In this document: in pieces, positions 18,765-28,026 of the stretch | Position numbering within the stretch: the first letter of the stretch is position 1 | How the letters are laid out: every line of letters begins with the position of its first letter | Assembly (NCBI GenBank): GCA_002292015.1 | Contig: DBBD01000054.1 | Coordinates: 1 to 40,564 of the forward strand | Origin: Firmicutes bacterium UBA993 | Lineage (GTDB): Bacteria > Bacillota > Dethiobacteria > DTU022 | Direction of reading: 5' to 3' | Length of the DNA: 40,564 bases | Notes under the pieces: model-generated | Databases searched by the model: none | What the model was told of the DNA's origin: nothing | What the model saw: the letters and a program-made list of their open reading frames with translations, nothing else | Position numbers and translations under genes: made by a program

Positions 18765-18890
18765 TTACTCTTCGGCTTTAAGTTCCATCGGCTTGGCACA
18801 GCAAACAAGGATGCCCACGCCTTCTTCTGTTACTTTTACCTCATTGGTGCAAATCTGGCACTTGTAAACCTGCTCTTTTTTTGTCGCCAT
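18765..18890 (-). CDS. Desulforedoxin (stand-alone desulfoferrodoxin FeCys4 domain), 41 aa; not in ORF track
   Basis: MATKKEQVYKCQICTNEVKVTEEGVGILVCCAKPMELKAEE: CxxC...CC motif; GAAAGGAG RBS. Confidence 0.9.
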   Translation of the reverse strand: MATKKEQVYKCQICTNEVKVTEEGVGILVCCAKPMELKAEE

Positions 18891-18923
18891 TATTAGCAGC
18901 TCCTTTCATCCGGACTTTGTGCT

Positions 18924-19238
18924 CTAACAACTGCAACTGCCGCAGCTATTACCTGGACTGACATCGTTAATGGCAAAGCCGCCGCGCGGTCCGTCATGAT
19001 AATCAATCGATTTGCCTTCCATGAAATGCGATATCCCTTTGTCAAAAACCAATTTTAAAGCGCCCAAATCCTCGACCACATCTTTTTCTGCCTGAATTGA
19101 CTCTTCCAGAGTCAGCCCGTAACGGGGTCCGCCTCAGCCAACACCGCTGACATAGATGCGCACAAAGGCACCTTTTTTCTCATCGTTGTTCAGTAATTCA
19201 ATAAATTTTTCCTTAGCCTTTTCGCTAATTGCAATCAT
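18924..19238 (-). CDS. HesB/IscA-like selenoprotein, 104 aa, Sec at codon 35; not in ORF track
   Basis: MIAISEKAKEKFIELLNNDEKKGAFVRIYVSGVG-UGA-GGPRYGLTLEE...GFAINDVSPGNSCGSCSC; UGA (19134-19136) sits at the GGCxG Cys position; AGGAGGT RBS. Confidence 0.88.
19098..19114 (-). promoter_or_regulatory. SECIS-like hairpin
   Basis: UGACUCU-GGA-AGAGUCA 7-bp stem beginning 20 nt 3' of the UGA, with G in the apical loop. Confidence 0.7.
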
Positions 19239-19262
19239 TTTTACCAACCTCCTGTTTGTAAT

Positions 19263-19568
19263 TTAACCTTTATCCCCGCATTTTTCTTTGAACAGAACCC
19301 TGATTACTTCAGCCGCCTCGTCGCTGGTAACATTATAAAAAACTTCCGTGCCTTTGCGCTCACCACTGATAATGCCTAAGTCGCGTAACCGTCCCAGATG
19401 CTGTGATACAGTTGACTGGGACATCTGCAAACAGTTTTGCATCGATGATACGTTACAGGCTTTTCGCTGCAGAAGCTCCCGTACTATACACAGTCTGACC
19501 GGGTTAGCCAAAGCTTTTAGCAGTAAAGCTTTTTTCTTGATCAATGTAAGCTCGCCGGCGATATCCAT
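19263..19568 (-). CDS. ArsR/SmtB-family transcriptional regulator (Cys-containing)
   Basis: LKALANPVRLCIV, SQSTVSQHL..LR..GII...RKG.EVFY. Confidence 0.92.
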   Translation of the reverse strand: MDIAGELTLIKKKALLLKALANPVRLCIVRELLQRKACNVSSMQNCLQMSQSTVSQHLGRLRDLGIISGERKGTEVFYNVTSDEAAEVIRVLFKEKCGDKG

Positions 19569-19589
19569 AACAGGCCTCCCCTCGTTATA

Positions 19590-19620
19590 TTATTATATCA
19601 TAATATTGCAATCATGCAAC
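19590..19620. promoter_or_regulatory. Candidate ArsR operator
   Basis: TTGCA-atca-TGCAA palindrome (19606-19619) next to ATTATATCATAAT, just upstream of arsR. Confidence 0.4.
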
Positions 19621-19780
19621 TTAACCTTTTACCTTCTGAAAAGATCGTTGACTGATGAATAGATTATAAAAATTAGCACGGGATCCGGCAAATCGAGAAT
19701 GTTTACTGCATCAGGGTCAAGCTACCCCTTCTAACTATTTTACTGTAGAAGCCAGGTTACAGCATTGGCAGTTAATCGCC

Positions 19781-20593
19781 TTAAGTATATTCAGCTGATT
19801 CCTGGCGTTTGATCTCAAAAAGAATAATTCCGGCAGCCACTGCCGCATTTAGCGATTCTACTTTAGACTGCAGGGGGATTGCCACTACCAGGTCAGCCTT
19901 TGTGATCAGATCAGCTGCAACTCCACTGGCTTCGTTACCGACGATCAGAGCTAAAGGCATTGTGTAGTCCGCCGACCAATAAGGGTTTTCACCACCACCA
20001 GCAGTTGCTACTATTGTAAATCCTTCCTCTTTCAACCCGGCAAGCAGTTGCCCCGTATCACTAACCTCCTTAATAGTAATCTGGAAAATCGATCCCACCG
20101 TGGCTCTTAAAACCTTTGGGCTAAAAGGGTCGGTGCAGCCCGCGGTACAAAACAACGTGTCTACCCCTGCAGCAACCGCAGTTCGTATCAATGTACCCAT
20201 GTTACCCGGATCCTGCAGCCTGTCTGCTATAACAACCAGTTTGGGCTTCATCATTAATTCACTGTTTTCAGTGTGATGGGTGCACGGAAAAATGGCTGCG
20301 ATTGATTGCGGTGTTTTGGTTTCCACAATTTCGTTAAAAATTACAGGCGAAAGCAAGATCTTTTTCGTGGTTGATGGTACTTTCGCAAGCCACTGTTTTC
20401 CGCTGCTGTCGTAATACTCTGCGGTCATAAAGATTACTTCCGGAACCAAGCCTGCCCTCAGTGCCTCCCGAACCAGGTTAGGCCCTTCGACTGCTATCTT
20501 CTTTCTCTTTCTGCGGTAACTTCTATTTAATAAGAGTTTCCGGTACTCTTTCAAGATCGGATTATGCTTGCTACTCAACTGATCGGGCTTCAA
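19781..20593 (-). CDS. TrmH/SpoU-family RNA 2'-O-methyltransferase
   Basis: DRLQDPGNMGTLIRTA, KVLRATVGS, VGNEASG, ESLNAAVAAGI. Confidence 0.92.
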   Translation of the reverse strand: MKPDQLSSKHNPILKEYRKLLLNRSYRRKRKKIAVEGPNLVREALRAGLVPEVIFMTAEYYDSSGKQWLAKVPSTTKKILLSPVIFNEIVETKTPQSIAAIFPCTHHTENSELMMKPKLVVIADRLQDPGNMGTLIRTAVAAGVDTLFCTAGCTDPFSPKVLRATVGSIFQITIKEVSDTGQLLAGLKEEGFTIVATAGGGENPYWSADYTMPLALIVGNEASGVAADLITKADLVVAIPLQSKVESLNAAVAAGIILFEIKRQESAEYT

Positions 20594-20788
20594 CTAAATC
20601 CACTCCAGCTTCTTTAGCGCCTTGTTTTCATCTACTGCTACCCGACAATCACCCTTCACCGCTTGGTCTCCCGGTGCAATAGATATGTTTGCCTTGTTCC
20701 CGTGATTACGTCTTAGCGCGATGACATATACCACAAAACGGGCTCGCAAATCAAGCTCCGTTAAGGTTCTTCCAGTTTTACAACATAA
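20594..20788 (-). pseudogene. Remnant of a KtrA/TrkA potassium-uptake gene (RCK_C domain only)
   Basis: Frame with no start for the homologous segment: GRTLTELDLRARFVVYVIALRR...NISIAPGDQAVKGDCRVAVDENKALKKL*; stop abuts the trmH-like start. Confidence 0.7.
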
Positions 20789-20792
20789 TTAA

Positions 20793-20855
20793 GAGCCTGT
20801 CTATTAGCTGCCGTGCCGATTAAAATTCCGGCAAAAAGTAGCACTAAACAGGCTC
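20793..20855. mobile_element. Short MITE-like inverted-repeat element, or rplT terminator hairpin
   Basis: GAGCCTGTCTA ... TAAACAGGCTC (10/11 inverted match) with an internal TGCCG/CGGCA stem. Confidence 0.4.
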
Positions 20856-20865
20856 AGAAAAGGCT

Positions 20866-21219
20866 TTAATTATTGGCTTTGGCCAGATCAACCAGCTGGG
20901 CAAAAGCGTTTTTGTCCCTGACAGCCAGATCAGCCAGCACTTTACGGTTAATCTGTACATTTGCCTTTTTCAGGCCGTTAATGAAACGGCTGTATGAAAG
21001 GCCGCCATTTCTGGCCTCAGCATTGATCCTGGCTATCCATAGTTTGCGGAAATCTCGTTTCCGCTGACGGCGGTCACGGTAAGCATAGCTGAGCGATCTC
21101 ATAACCTGCTGATTGGCTACCCTAAATAGTTTGCTTTTGGAACCGTAATAGCCTTTTGCCAGTTTTAATACCTTTTTCCGCCTTTTACGGGCTACAATAC
21201 CTCTTTTGGTGCGCGGCAT
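20866..21219 (-). CDS. rplT: 50S ribosomal protein L20
   Basis: MPRTKRG...AKGYYG...[22 protein letters not shown]. Confidence 0.98.
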   Translation of the reverse strand: MPRTKRGIVARKRRKKVLKLAKGYYGSKSKLFRVANQQVMRSLSYAYRDRRQRKRDFRKLWIARINAEARNGGLSYSRFINGLKKANVQINRKVLADLAVRDKNAFAQLVDLAKANN

Positions 21220-21292
21220 AATAAATGATCCTCCTACTGATCAGCTTAAAAACAGCTCGAATCTACAATCGCTATAAATAACTGCTAAATTT

Positions 21293-21484
21293 CTACGGGA
21301 TAAGCAGTCTTACCCGCGCATCGTCGGCCGGTTTTACAAGAGTTGCCTTACGTAACCGCCTGATCCGGCTTGAACTCTTCTTGCCGGTTAGGTGGCTGGC
21401 AAATGCACGGTGGCGCTTAATTTTGCCGCTACCCGTTTTTTTAAAACGTTTTGCAGCACCACGATGGGTCTTCATTTTAGGCAT
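21293..21484 (-). CDS. rpmI: 50S ribosomal protein L35
   Basis: [21 protein letters not shown]. Confidence 0.98.
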   Translation of the reverse strand: MPKMKTHRGAAKRFKKTGSGKIKRHRAFASHLTGKKSSSRIRRLRKATLVKPADDARVRLLIP

Positions 21485-21505
21485 ACCGAATACAACCTTC
21501 CTCTT

Positions 21506-22015
21506 CTATGATTTTGGAGTTAAGATCATGATCATGTTGCGCCCTTCCTGCTTAGCAGGTTTTTCTATCGAACCGTAATTGGAAAGATTTTGGGCTAGTT
21601 GCTGGCAAAGTCTCTGGGCAATCTCGGGATGGGTGATTTCCCTGCCCCGGAACATGACTGTTACTTTAACCTTATCTCCGTTTTCTAGAAACTTTTGCCC
21701 CCGTTTAGCTTTTACATCAAAATCGTGCTTATCGATGTTGGGGCGTAGTTTAATTTCTTTAACAGTTGTGACCTTTTGGTTCTTTCTGGCTTCGCGATCA
21801 CGCTTGCTCTGCTCGTACTTGTGCTTACCGTAATCCATTAAACGACAAACCGGGGGACGAGCGCTTGGCGCCACATTAACCAGATCGAGCCTTTTCCTTC
21901 TGGCCAGATCAAGGGCTTCCTCTGTCTTCATCACCCCAAGCTGGGTACCGTCTGCATCAATCACCAACACTTCCCTGGCGCTAATTTGTTCATTCACGAA
22001 CAAATTTTTACTAAT
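21506..22015 (-). CDS. infC: Translation initiation factor IF-3 with ATT start
   Basis: PPVCRLMDYGK, KVKVTVMFRGRE; GGGAGGTG RBS 7 nt before an in-frame ATT at 22015, 4 codons upstream of the ORF-track start. Confidence 0.95.
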   Translation of the reverse strand: MSKNLFVNEQISAREVLVIDADGTQLGVMKTEEALDLARRKRLDLVNVAPSARPPVCRLMDYGKHKYEQSKRDREARKNQKVTTVKEIKLRPNIDKHDFDVKAKRGQKFLENGDKVKVTVMFRGREITHPEIAQRLCQQLAQNLSNYGSIEKPAKQEGRNMIMILTPKS

Positions 22016-22030
22016 TTCTTTTCACCTCCC

Positions 22031-22142
22031 AAAAAATTATAAGAGCAGGGGTCAGCCACCTGCTCTAAAGTATCCTTAAACCTTATGGGCAACCCGTTAG
22101 CTCAACAAAGGCCTAGGGTGAGAAGCGGTGGCTTCTACTTTA
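22031..22142 (-). ncRNA. L20 leader (infC-rpmI-rplT autoregulatory attenuator)
   Basis: AAGTAGAAGCCACCGCTTCTCACC signature, then AGAGCAGG/CCTGCTCT hairpin and U tract upstream of infC. Confidence 0.85.
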
Positions 22143-22189
22143 ATGATCAGTACCTACGCGTTTGAGTTTAACAGAAAATACTACTTTGG

Positions 22190-24097
22190 TCAAATTGTTT
22201 TTTCGGCAATCTCTTTTTTCAGGTCGGTAATAAAACTATTTATGCTGCCACTACCGAGATCTCCCTTGTCGCGATGACGGATAGCCACCTCCCCATTTTC
22301 GACTTCACGGTCGCCTACAACCAGCATATAGGGGATTTTTTTCAACTGGGCTTCCCGGATTTTGTATCCCACTTTTTCATTACGGCTATCAAGGTTCACT
22401 CTGAATCCCTCTTCTTTAAGTCGCAATTGAACTTGCCGTGCATAATCATGGCTTCGTTCAGTTACGGGTATCACGGTTGACTGGACAGGTGCCAGCCAAG
22501 CGGGAAAAGCGCCGCCGTAATGTTCAATTAAAAGGGCAAAGAACCGTTCCATTGAGCCATATACAACCCGATGGATAACCACCGGACGGTGCTTGGCCCC
22601 ATCTTCGCCGATAAAGGTAAGGTCAAATTTCTCCGGCATCTGGAAGTCAAGCTGAATGGTCCCGCACTGCCAGCTGCGGCCCAGGCAATCCTCAAGGTGA
22701 AAATCTATTTTCGGTCCATAAAAAGCCCCATCACCTTCGTTAATTTTAAAATTTATCTCCTTATCCTGTAATACCTGTTCCAGAATACCCGTTGCCTTTT
22801 CCCACATTTCGAGTGAACCCATTGCTTTTTCAGGTCGGGTACTCAGTTCAACCCGGTAATCAAAACCAAAGATCCGGTAAAAATGATCCATCAGCCCGAT
22901 AATGCCGGCCACCTCGGCCTCAATCTGCCCTGGCAGCATAAAAATATGGGCATCATCCTGGGTAAAAGTGCGCACCCGCATCAAGCCGTGCAGCGCTCCC
23001 GAAAGCTCGTGGCGGTGAACAATACCCATCTCGGCAATACGGCGCGGTAAATCCCGGTAACTATGCATCTTTGAACCATAAACAAGCATTGCTCCCGGGC
23101 AATTCATTGGTTTGACGATAAAGTCCTGATCATCAATTTTGGTAAAATACATGTTATCGTGATAGTGATCCCAGTGACCCGATTGCTCCCAGAGATGCCG
23201 GTTCAGGATCAGTGGGGTTTTAATTTCTTCATAACCTGACAGACGGTGTTCACGCCGCCAAAAATCAGCGAGCTCCTGCCAGATAATCATGCCGTTGTTA
23301 TGAAGGAAGGGAAAACCGGGGCCTTCGTCATGTAAGCTGAACAGCTCAAGGTCACGTCCCAGTTTACGATGGTCACGTTTCTTGGCCTCTTCAATCAGAG
23401 TCAGATACTGTTCAAGACGCTCACTGCTCGGAAAAGCCGTGCCGTAAATTCTCTGCAACATGGTATTACGCTCATCACCACGCCAATAGGCCCCGGCCAG
23501 GCCAGTCAGTTTAAAGGCTTTGACCATCCCTGTATGGTTTAAGTGCGGGCCTGCGCAAAGATCACAAAAGTCATCCTGCTCGTAACAACTAATCACCGTA
23601 TCTTCGGGCAGATCCGCAATTAGCTCCAACTTATAGGTTTCATTCTGCGCCCGGAATATCCCTTTCGCCTCTTCGCGGCTCACTTCATGACGCCTGATCG
23701 GTTTTCTTTCCCTGATAATTTTCTTCATCTCAGCTTCGATTGCCGGCAGATCGTCGGCAGAAATCGGTTCCTCAAATTCAAAGTCATAATAAAAACCGTT
23801 CTCAATTGCCGGGCCGATCCCCATCTTGGCCGTGGGATACAGTCTTTTTACAGCATGGGCCAGGATGTGGCCGGCACTGTGCCGGTATATCGCTGCTCCC
23901 TTTGGTGAATCAAAATCAACAAAACTTATCACGTTTCTTTCGGCCAGGGGCAGGTTAAGATCGCATTCCTTTCCGTTAACCAGAACAGCAATAAGATCTT
24001 TATTGTCAGCAGTTTTTTCCCGGTAGAGATCCATACAGGTGGTCCCGTCGGGATAAACTCCTTCCTCCCCGTTTTCAAGTACTATTTTTATCGGCAA
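22190..24097 (-). CDS. thrS: Threonyl-tRNA synthetase
   Basis: HSAGHILAH, DLCAGPH, RDHRKLG, KPMNCP, FYGPKID, CGTIQLDF. Confidence 0.98.
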   Translation of the reverse strand: MPIKIVLENGEEGVYPDGTTCMDLYREKTADNKDLIAVLVNGKECDLNLPLAERNVISFVDFDSPKGAAIYRHSAGHILAHAVKRLYPTAKMGIGPAIENGFYYDFEFEEPISADDLPAIEAEMKKIIRERKPIRRHEVSREEAKGIFRAQNETYKLELIADLPEDTVISCYEQDDFCDLCAGPHLNHTGMVKAFKLTGLAGAYWRGDERNTMLQRIYGTAFPSSERLEQYLTLIEEAKKRDHRKLGRDLELFSLHDEGPGFPFLHNNGMIIWQELADFWRREHRLSGYEEIKTPLILNRHLWEQSGHWDHYHDNMYFTKIDDQDFIVKPMNCPGAMLVYGSKMHSYRDLPRRIAEMGIVHRHELSGALHGLMRVRTFTQDDAHIFMLPGQIEAEVAGIIGLMDHFYRIFGFDYRVELSTRPEKAMGSLEMWEKATGILEQVLQDKEINFKINEGDGAFYGPKIDFHLEDCLGRSWQCGTIQLDFQMPEKFDLTFIGEDGAKHRPVVIHRVVYGSMERFFALLIEHYGGAFPAWLAPVQSTVIPVTERSHDYARQVQLRLKEEGFRVNLDSRNEKVGYKIREAQLKKIPYMLVVGDREVENGEVAIRHRDKGDLGSGSINSFITDLKKEIAEKTI

Positions 24098-24200
24098 GGG
24101 ATCTGCGCCTCCTTTAACTCGTTAACAGCATCAAATTATTTTGCTACATTAACACAAAACATGATAGAACGAGACCGAGCAACTGTCAAGGCGAGCTCGC

Positions 24201-25130
24201 TTAACCCCTCAAATTAATCGCTTTCGGCAAAATTTCAAGCTCCACTGGAGCGCGACCAGGCTGCTCACCATCTAAATCAAGCAGGGCTTCCCCATAGGCC
24301 TCAACCATTACCGATTTGCCCCGCAGGTTGGCGATGCGTGGGTGGCCCAAGTGGGTGCCTTTATAAACCCGTGGCAGACTGATCAAGAGATTGATTTTGC
24401 TTAAACCTTTCAGAATAACAATGTCAAAAAGACCGTCATCAACCTGTGCGTCGGGAGCAATGCACATCCCGCCGCCGAAATAGCGCCCATTGCCAAAGAC
24501 CACTACAGTAACCGGCTCGTTACAAACTTCTTTCCCATCAACTATGATCCTCATCTCCTGATTTTTATAAAGAATGAGGGTAGCCACGGTTGCCCAAAGG
24601 AAGGAAATGAATCCGCCAAGGGCTTTGCTGGTTTTATTTACCCGGTCAACAGTCGCCCCGTCTAACCCAAGGCCGGCGACATTAATAAAGTAACGCATCT
24701 CTGGTATACCCTGATTATTTAAAAAAGAGACCCGGCCAAGATCAACAGGGCGGGCAGGACTGTTAATAATATGCCTTGCTGCTTCCGCTGTATCGTTGGG
24801 AATACCGATAGTGCGGATTAGATCGCGTCCGGTGCCGCCCGATATAAAGCTGACAGCTGCTTCAGGTCGGATCATATTGTGATTTTGATCATAAAAACCA
24901 TTGATTACTTCGTTCGTTGTGCCGTCCCCGCCGACAGCGATGATTAAGTCATGGCCGTCTTCTAAAAACCGGCGAGTAATTTCGGTGGCATGCCCAGGTG
25001 ATTCGGTAAAATAGTGCTCGAAAGAGATTCCCTCCCGGCTGATCACTTCCGCCATTTCCGACCAACGCCTACCCGTTGCGCCGTTAGCTGAAGCGGGGTT
25101 TACTACGATCGCGGCATTCAGCTTGTCCAC
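24201..25130 (-). CDS. Diacylglycerol/lipid kinase (YegS/BmrU/DagK family)
   Basis: IVVNPAS, GGDGTTNEVING, GTGRD, NGRYFGGG, LDGE. Confidence 0.9.
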   Translation of the reverse strand: MDKLNAAIVVNPASANGATGRRWSEMAEVISREGISFEHYFTESPGHATEITRRFLEDGHDLIIAVGGDGTTNEVINGFYDQNHNMIRPEAAVSFISGGTGRDLIRTIGIPNDTAEAARHIINSPARPVDLGRVSFLNNQGIPEMRYFINVAGLGLDGATVDRVNKTSKALGGFISFLWATVATLILYKNQEMRIIVDGKEVCNEPVTVVVFGNGRYFGGGMCIAPDAQVDDGLFDIVILKGLSKINLLISLPRVYKGTHLGHPRIANLRGKSVMVEAYGEALLDLDGEQPGRAPVELEILPKAINLRG

Positions 25131-25493
25131 CTAATACTCCCCCTCTAGTTTAAACAAATAGGTGTTGTAACTTTAAAAAATTATACCACAAAAAAGTCTG
25201 TACCCTTAAGTTACAGGCTTTGGAAAGGACATATAGGTTTCCAATTGCATTCTTTCCTTTATTCCTATATCATAAGACGCCCATGCCCCCACAGAACAGG
25301 GACACCAGCAGAAAGGTGAAAATAGACGGCTACTTTGGTCATCCACCAAAGCGGGTGCGGCATACTGTGCTCGCATTTTCAGGTTAGTCTTACGTGCACT
25401 TATGTGATCCAATCGTTTTTCCGGTAAAATAAAAAGGTTTTAACCCAGGCTATCAGCTAAAACCCTAAGTATTTACTGGGCTTAATAGGGCGA

Positions 25494-27326
25494 CTAGCGG
25501 GCTCCGCCACCGCCGCCGCCTCCGCCACCACCGCCGCCTCCGGAGAAACCGCCACCGCCGCCAGAGCCGGAAGATGAGGCCGAGCGGAAAGCTGTTTTAA
25601 ATGATCTCTCCATCGCCGAACTCATAGTGGTAAAGCGAGCTGGATTTGTCGCTATTATTCCGTAGGCCGGCCAGACACGATGCATCTCTTTGCCCAGTTC
25701 CGGATAAACCAGCTGCAGCTGTTCCATCACCTCTTTGGCCACGCCCAGCGTTACTGCATAGACCAGGTAATGTTCCCAGATAGCCAAGGCCGGAATAGTG
25801 GAACGATCAAGGCTTGAAAAATGTCTTAGGAAACGTTTAAAAGCGTTCCACTTGGCATAGTGATCTGCTCCCGCGGGAGTAAGCCTTTTTAGCAGGGCAA
25901 AAAGAACAACTACCACGGGCCCGGCAATGAGGGCAACAGCCCCGGTCACAAAGAGCTCGAAGATTAAGAAGCCAAACCCAAAGAAGAAAAAGATGATCCC
26001 CAACGCAATGCCCTGCCACGCAGGGCCCTTAAAAAATCTAAGATTATCAAACTCTTTTTTTATCCCTTCAGCCCAATCTTTATAAAACTTATACGTGCTC
26101 TCACTGTTCTTTTTGCCGTATTGCTCGATATCGCGCATGGTAACGCCTGCGTTTTTTGTAATACTTACTTCGCCGAAAATAAAACTGTGGAGCTTCTTTT
26201 CGTGAGCATTCAGTCGATCTTTTCCCACGGCCGGATAAAGTCTGTAGTCCGTAAAAGGCCTCTTCCAGAACAGGCCGTTTTCACCCTGGTACTCCTCAAA
26301 ACGCAGATGCCCCCTGCGGGCAAGATCCATCACTGCTGCCGTGAAGTCCTCCGGTTTTATTTTGCCTGAACGCACCAAATAGCCGGCCGCAGCCGGAGAA
26401 TATTCTCCCGGCAATTCCCGGTAATAATCACCCTTGTAGATACCCGGAGCCCGTTTCGATTTAAACCGTATGACAATATAATAAATTAGAATAGCCATCG
26501 CCGCCAGCGGCCCAATATAGTAGTCGAGGCGGGCGAGAGTGCGCCTTAAGTTAGCCTGACGAGCCCATTTTTGTTCTTCTGCCAGGATACCGGGCAACCC
26601 TTCTTTGCCGCTGAAATTTTTTGCCTGCCCAACTAATGATATGGGCATTGTAACTCGCCCCTCAATAAAAGTGTTAGCCGGTAAGCCATCAATTTCCCAA
26701 ACCACCATACCCGGGTTAACAATCCGAACATCTCCGTGCAGAGGGCCATGTCCCCAGGCCCTTATATCGCCCTCGCCTGCCCCTGAAGGCAAATACAAAG
26801 TGATACTCACATATTCTGTCCTTTCACCCCATTCATCGCCTATAAACTGCCAGTATAGTTCAGCCAGATCCGTGTGAACAATAACTGCGTTATCTACCGT
26901 GTAGCTGATAGTAAAGGTACGGTCTTCGTTGTATGCTTCAAAGCTCCAGTCGATGTAAACCAGGTCGGGCTTGTATTCCACATAAAATACCCCTGGGATA
27001 TCCTGTACGCCCACAGCCACCTCTTGATGTGGAATACCTTGCTCGCTGACCAAAACATCACGGATAGTACTGTTGTTTTTTAGGTAAATATAGGACCAGG
27101 CACCCCGGTAATGTCCGTCAAACCTGAATGTCCGTTCCTCCACAACCTGCATGGAGCCATCTGGTTTTAATACTGCTTCAATTACAACCGAGGGAAAATA
27201 AAAAGAGCGGTCATCCTGGGCCCCGGCTTTAATCGGATGCAGCAGGGTAACTGCCGCTATGGCCACCAGGCAAAGAAGGTGGAGTGGAAAAAACCTCAAC
27301 GCTGCATTACGATGACCTACGCCCAT
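25494..27326 (-). CDS. DUF2207 membrane protein with Gly/Ser-rich tail
   Basis: DGSMQVVEE, ELYWQFIG, AWGHGPL, WEHYLVYAVTLGVA, poly-Gly C-terminus; follows lemA. Confidence 0.85.
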   Translation of the reverse strand: MGVGHRNAALRFFPLHLLCLVAIAAVTLLHPIKAGAQDDRSFYFPSVVIEAVLKPDGSMQVVEERTFRFDGHYRGAWSYIYLKNNSTIRDVLVSEQGIPHQEVAVGVQDIPGVFYVEYKPDLVYIDWSFEAYNEDRTFTISYTVDNAVIVHTDLAELYWQFIGDEWGERTEYVSITLYLPSGAGEGDIRAWGHGPLHGDVRIVNPGMVVWEIDGLPANTFIEGRVTMPISLVGQAKNFSGKEGLPGILAEEQKWARQANLRRTLARLDYYIGPLAAMAILIYYIVIRFKSKRAPGIYKGDYYRELPGEYSPAAAGYLVRSGKIKPEDFTAAVMDLARRGHLRFEEYQGENGLFWKRPFTDYRLYPAVGKDRLNAHEKKLHSFIFGEVSITKNAGVTMRDIEQYGKKNSESTYKFYKDWAEGIKKEFDNLRFFKGPAWQGIALGIIFFFFGFGFLIFELFVTGAVALIAGPVVVVLFALLKRLTPAGADHYAKWNAFKRFLRHFSSLDRSTIPALAIWEHYLVYAVTLGVAKEVMEQLQLVYPELGKEMHRVWPAYGIIATNPARFTTMSSAMERSFKTAFRSASSSGSGGGGGFSGGGGGGGGGGGGGAR

Positions 27327-27337
27327 CCCGAACACTC

Positions 27338-27889
27338 CTAAAATTCCACTTTAACTGCTTCTCGAGCTGTTGCTTCCTCATCTAAGTTAAAATATTCTTC
27401 CTTGCTAAAGCCGAACATACCGGCAACCAAAACGGTAGGGAAGCGCTGAATAGCGGTATTGTAGATCATAACCGTGTCATTGTAAAACTGTCTAGAAAAA
27501 GCAATTTTCCCTTCAGTGTTGGTCAATTCTTCCTGCAACTGGCGGAAATTAGTGTCGGCCTTTAAGTCCGGATAACTTTCGGCGACAGCAAAGAGACTCT
27601 TCAGGGCACCGGAAAGCATATTTTCCGCACCAGCCTGCTCGTTAATATCCTTGGCCTGAATGGCCATGTTGCGGGCCTGGGTCACCTTTTCGAAAGTCTC
27701 CTTTTCGTGCGTGGCATAACCCTTGACCGTATTAACTAAGTTCGGTATTAGATCATAACGTCGTTTTAACTGAACTTCAATCTGTGCCCAGGCATTTTTA
27801 ATTCTTTGGCGCAGTGTGACTAACCGGTTGTAAATAATGATTAGTGAAACAACTACCAGAGCGATAAATCCTATGATTCCCCATCCCAT
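27338..27889 (-). CDS. lemA: LemA family protein
   Basis: QLKRRYDLIPNLV, AVAESYPDLKA, SRQFYND. Confidence 0.93.
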   Translation of the reverse strand: MGWGIIGFIALVVVSLIIIYNRLVTLRQRIKNAWAQIEVQLKRRYDLIPNLVNTVKGYATHEKETFEKVTQARNMAIQAKDINEQAGAENMLSGALKSLFAVAESYPDLKADTNFRQLQEELTNTEGKIAFSRQFYNDTVMIYNTAIQRFPTVLVAGMFGFSKEEYFNLDEEATAREAVKVEF

Positions 27890-28026
27890 GAATATTCATC
27901 TCCTTAAGAAAAATTAGCAGAACTACTTGTCCTTGAAAAGGTAATATTACTAATTTAATTTCGAAAACAAAGCAACGATTCCTTCCATAGGTCACACAGA
28001 ATAATAAAATGTAGGAACTTAAACCC

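Noticed and set aside
24098-24200. T-box leader for thrS
   Set aside because: Only ~100 bp are available, with no T-box consensus or terminator visible.
25206-25412. 68-aa ORF and a short hydrophobic stretch in another frame between DUF2207 and the lipid kinase
   Set aside because: No convincing RBS or recognisable motif; it could be a decayed gene but this cannot be supported.
25497-25570. CCG/CCA-rich tandem repeat
   Set aside because: It simply encodes the poly-Gly tail typical of DUF2207 proteins.
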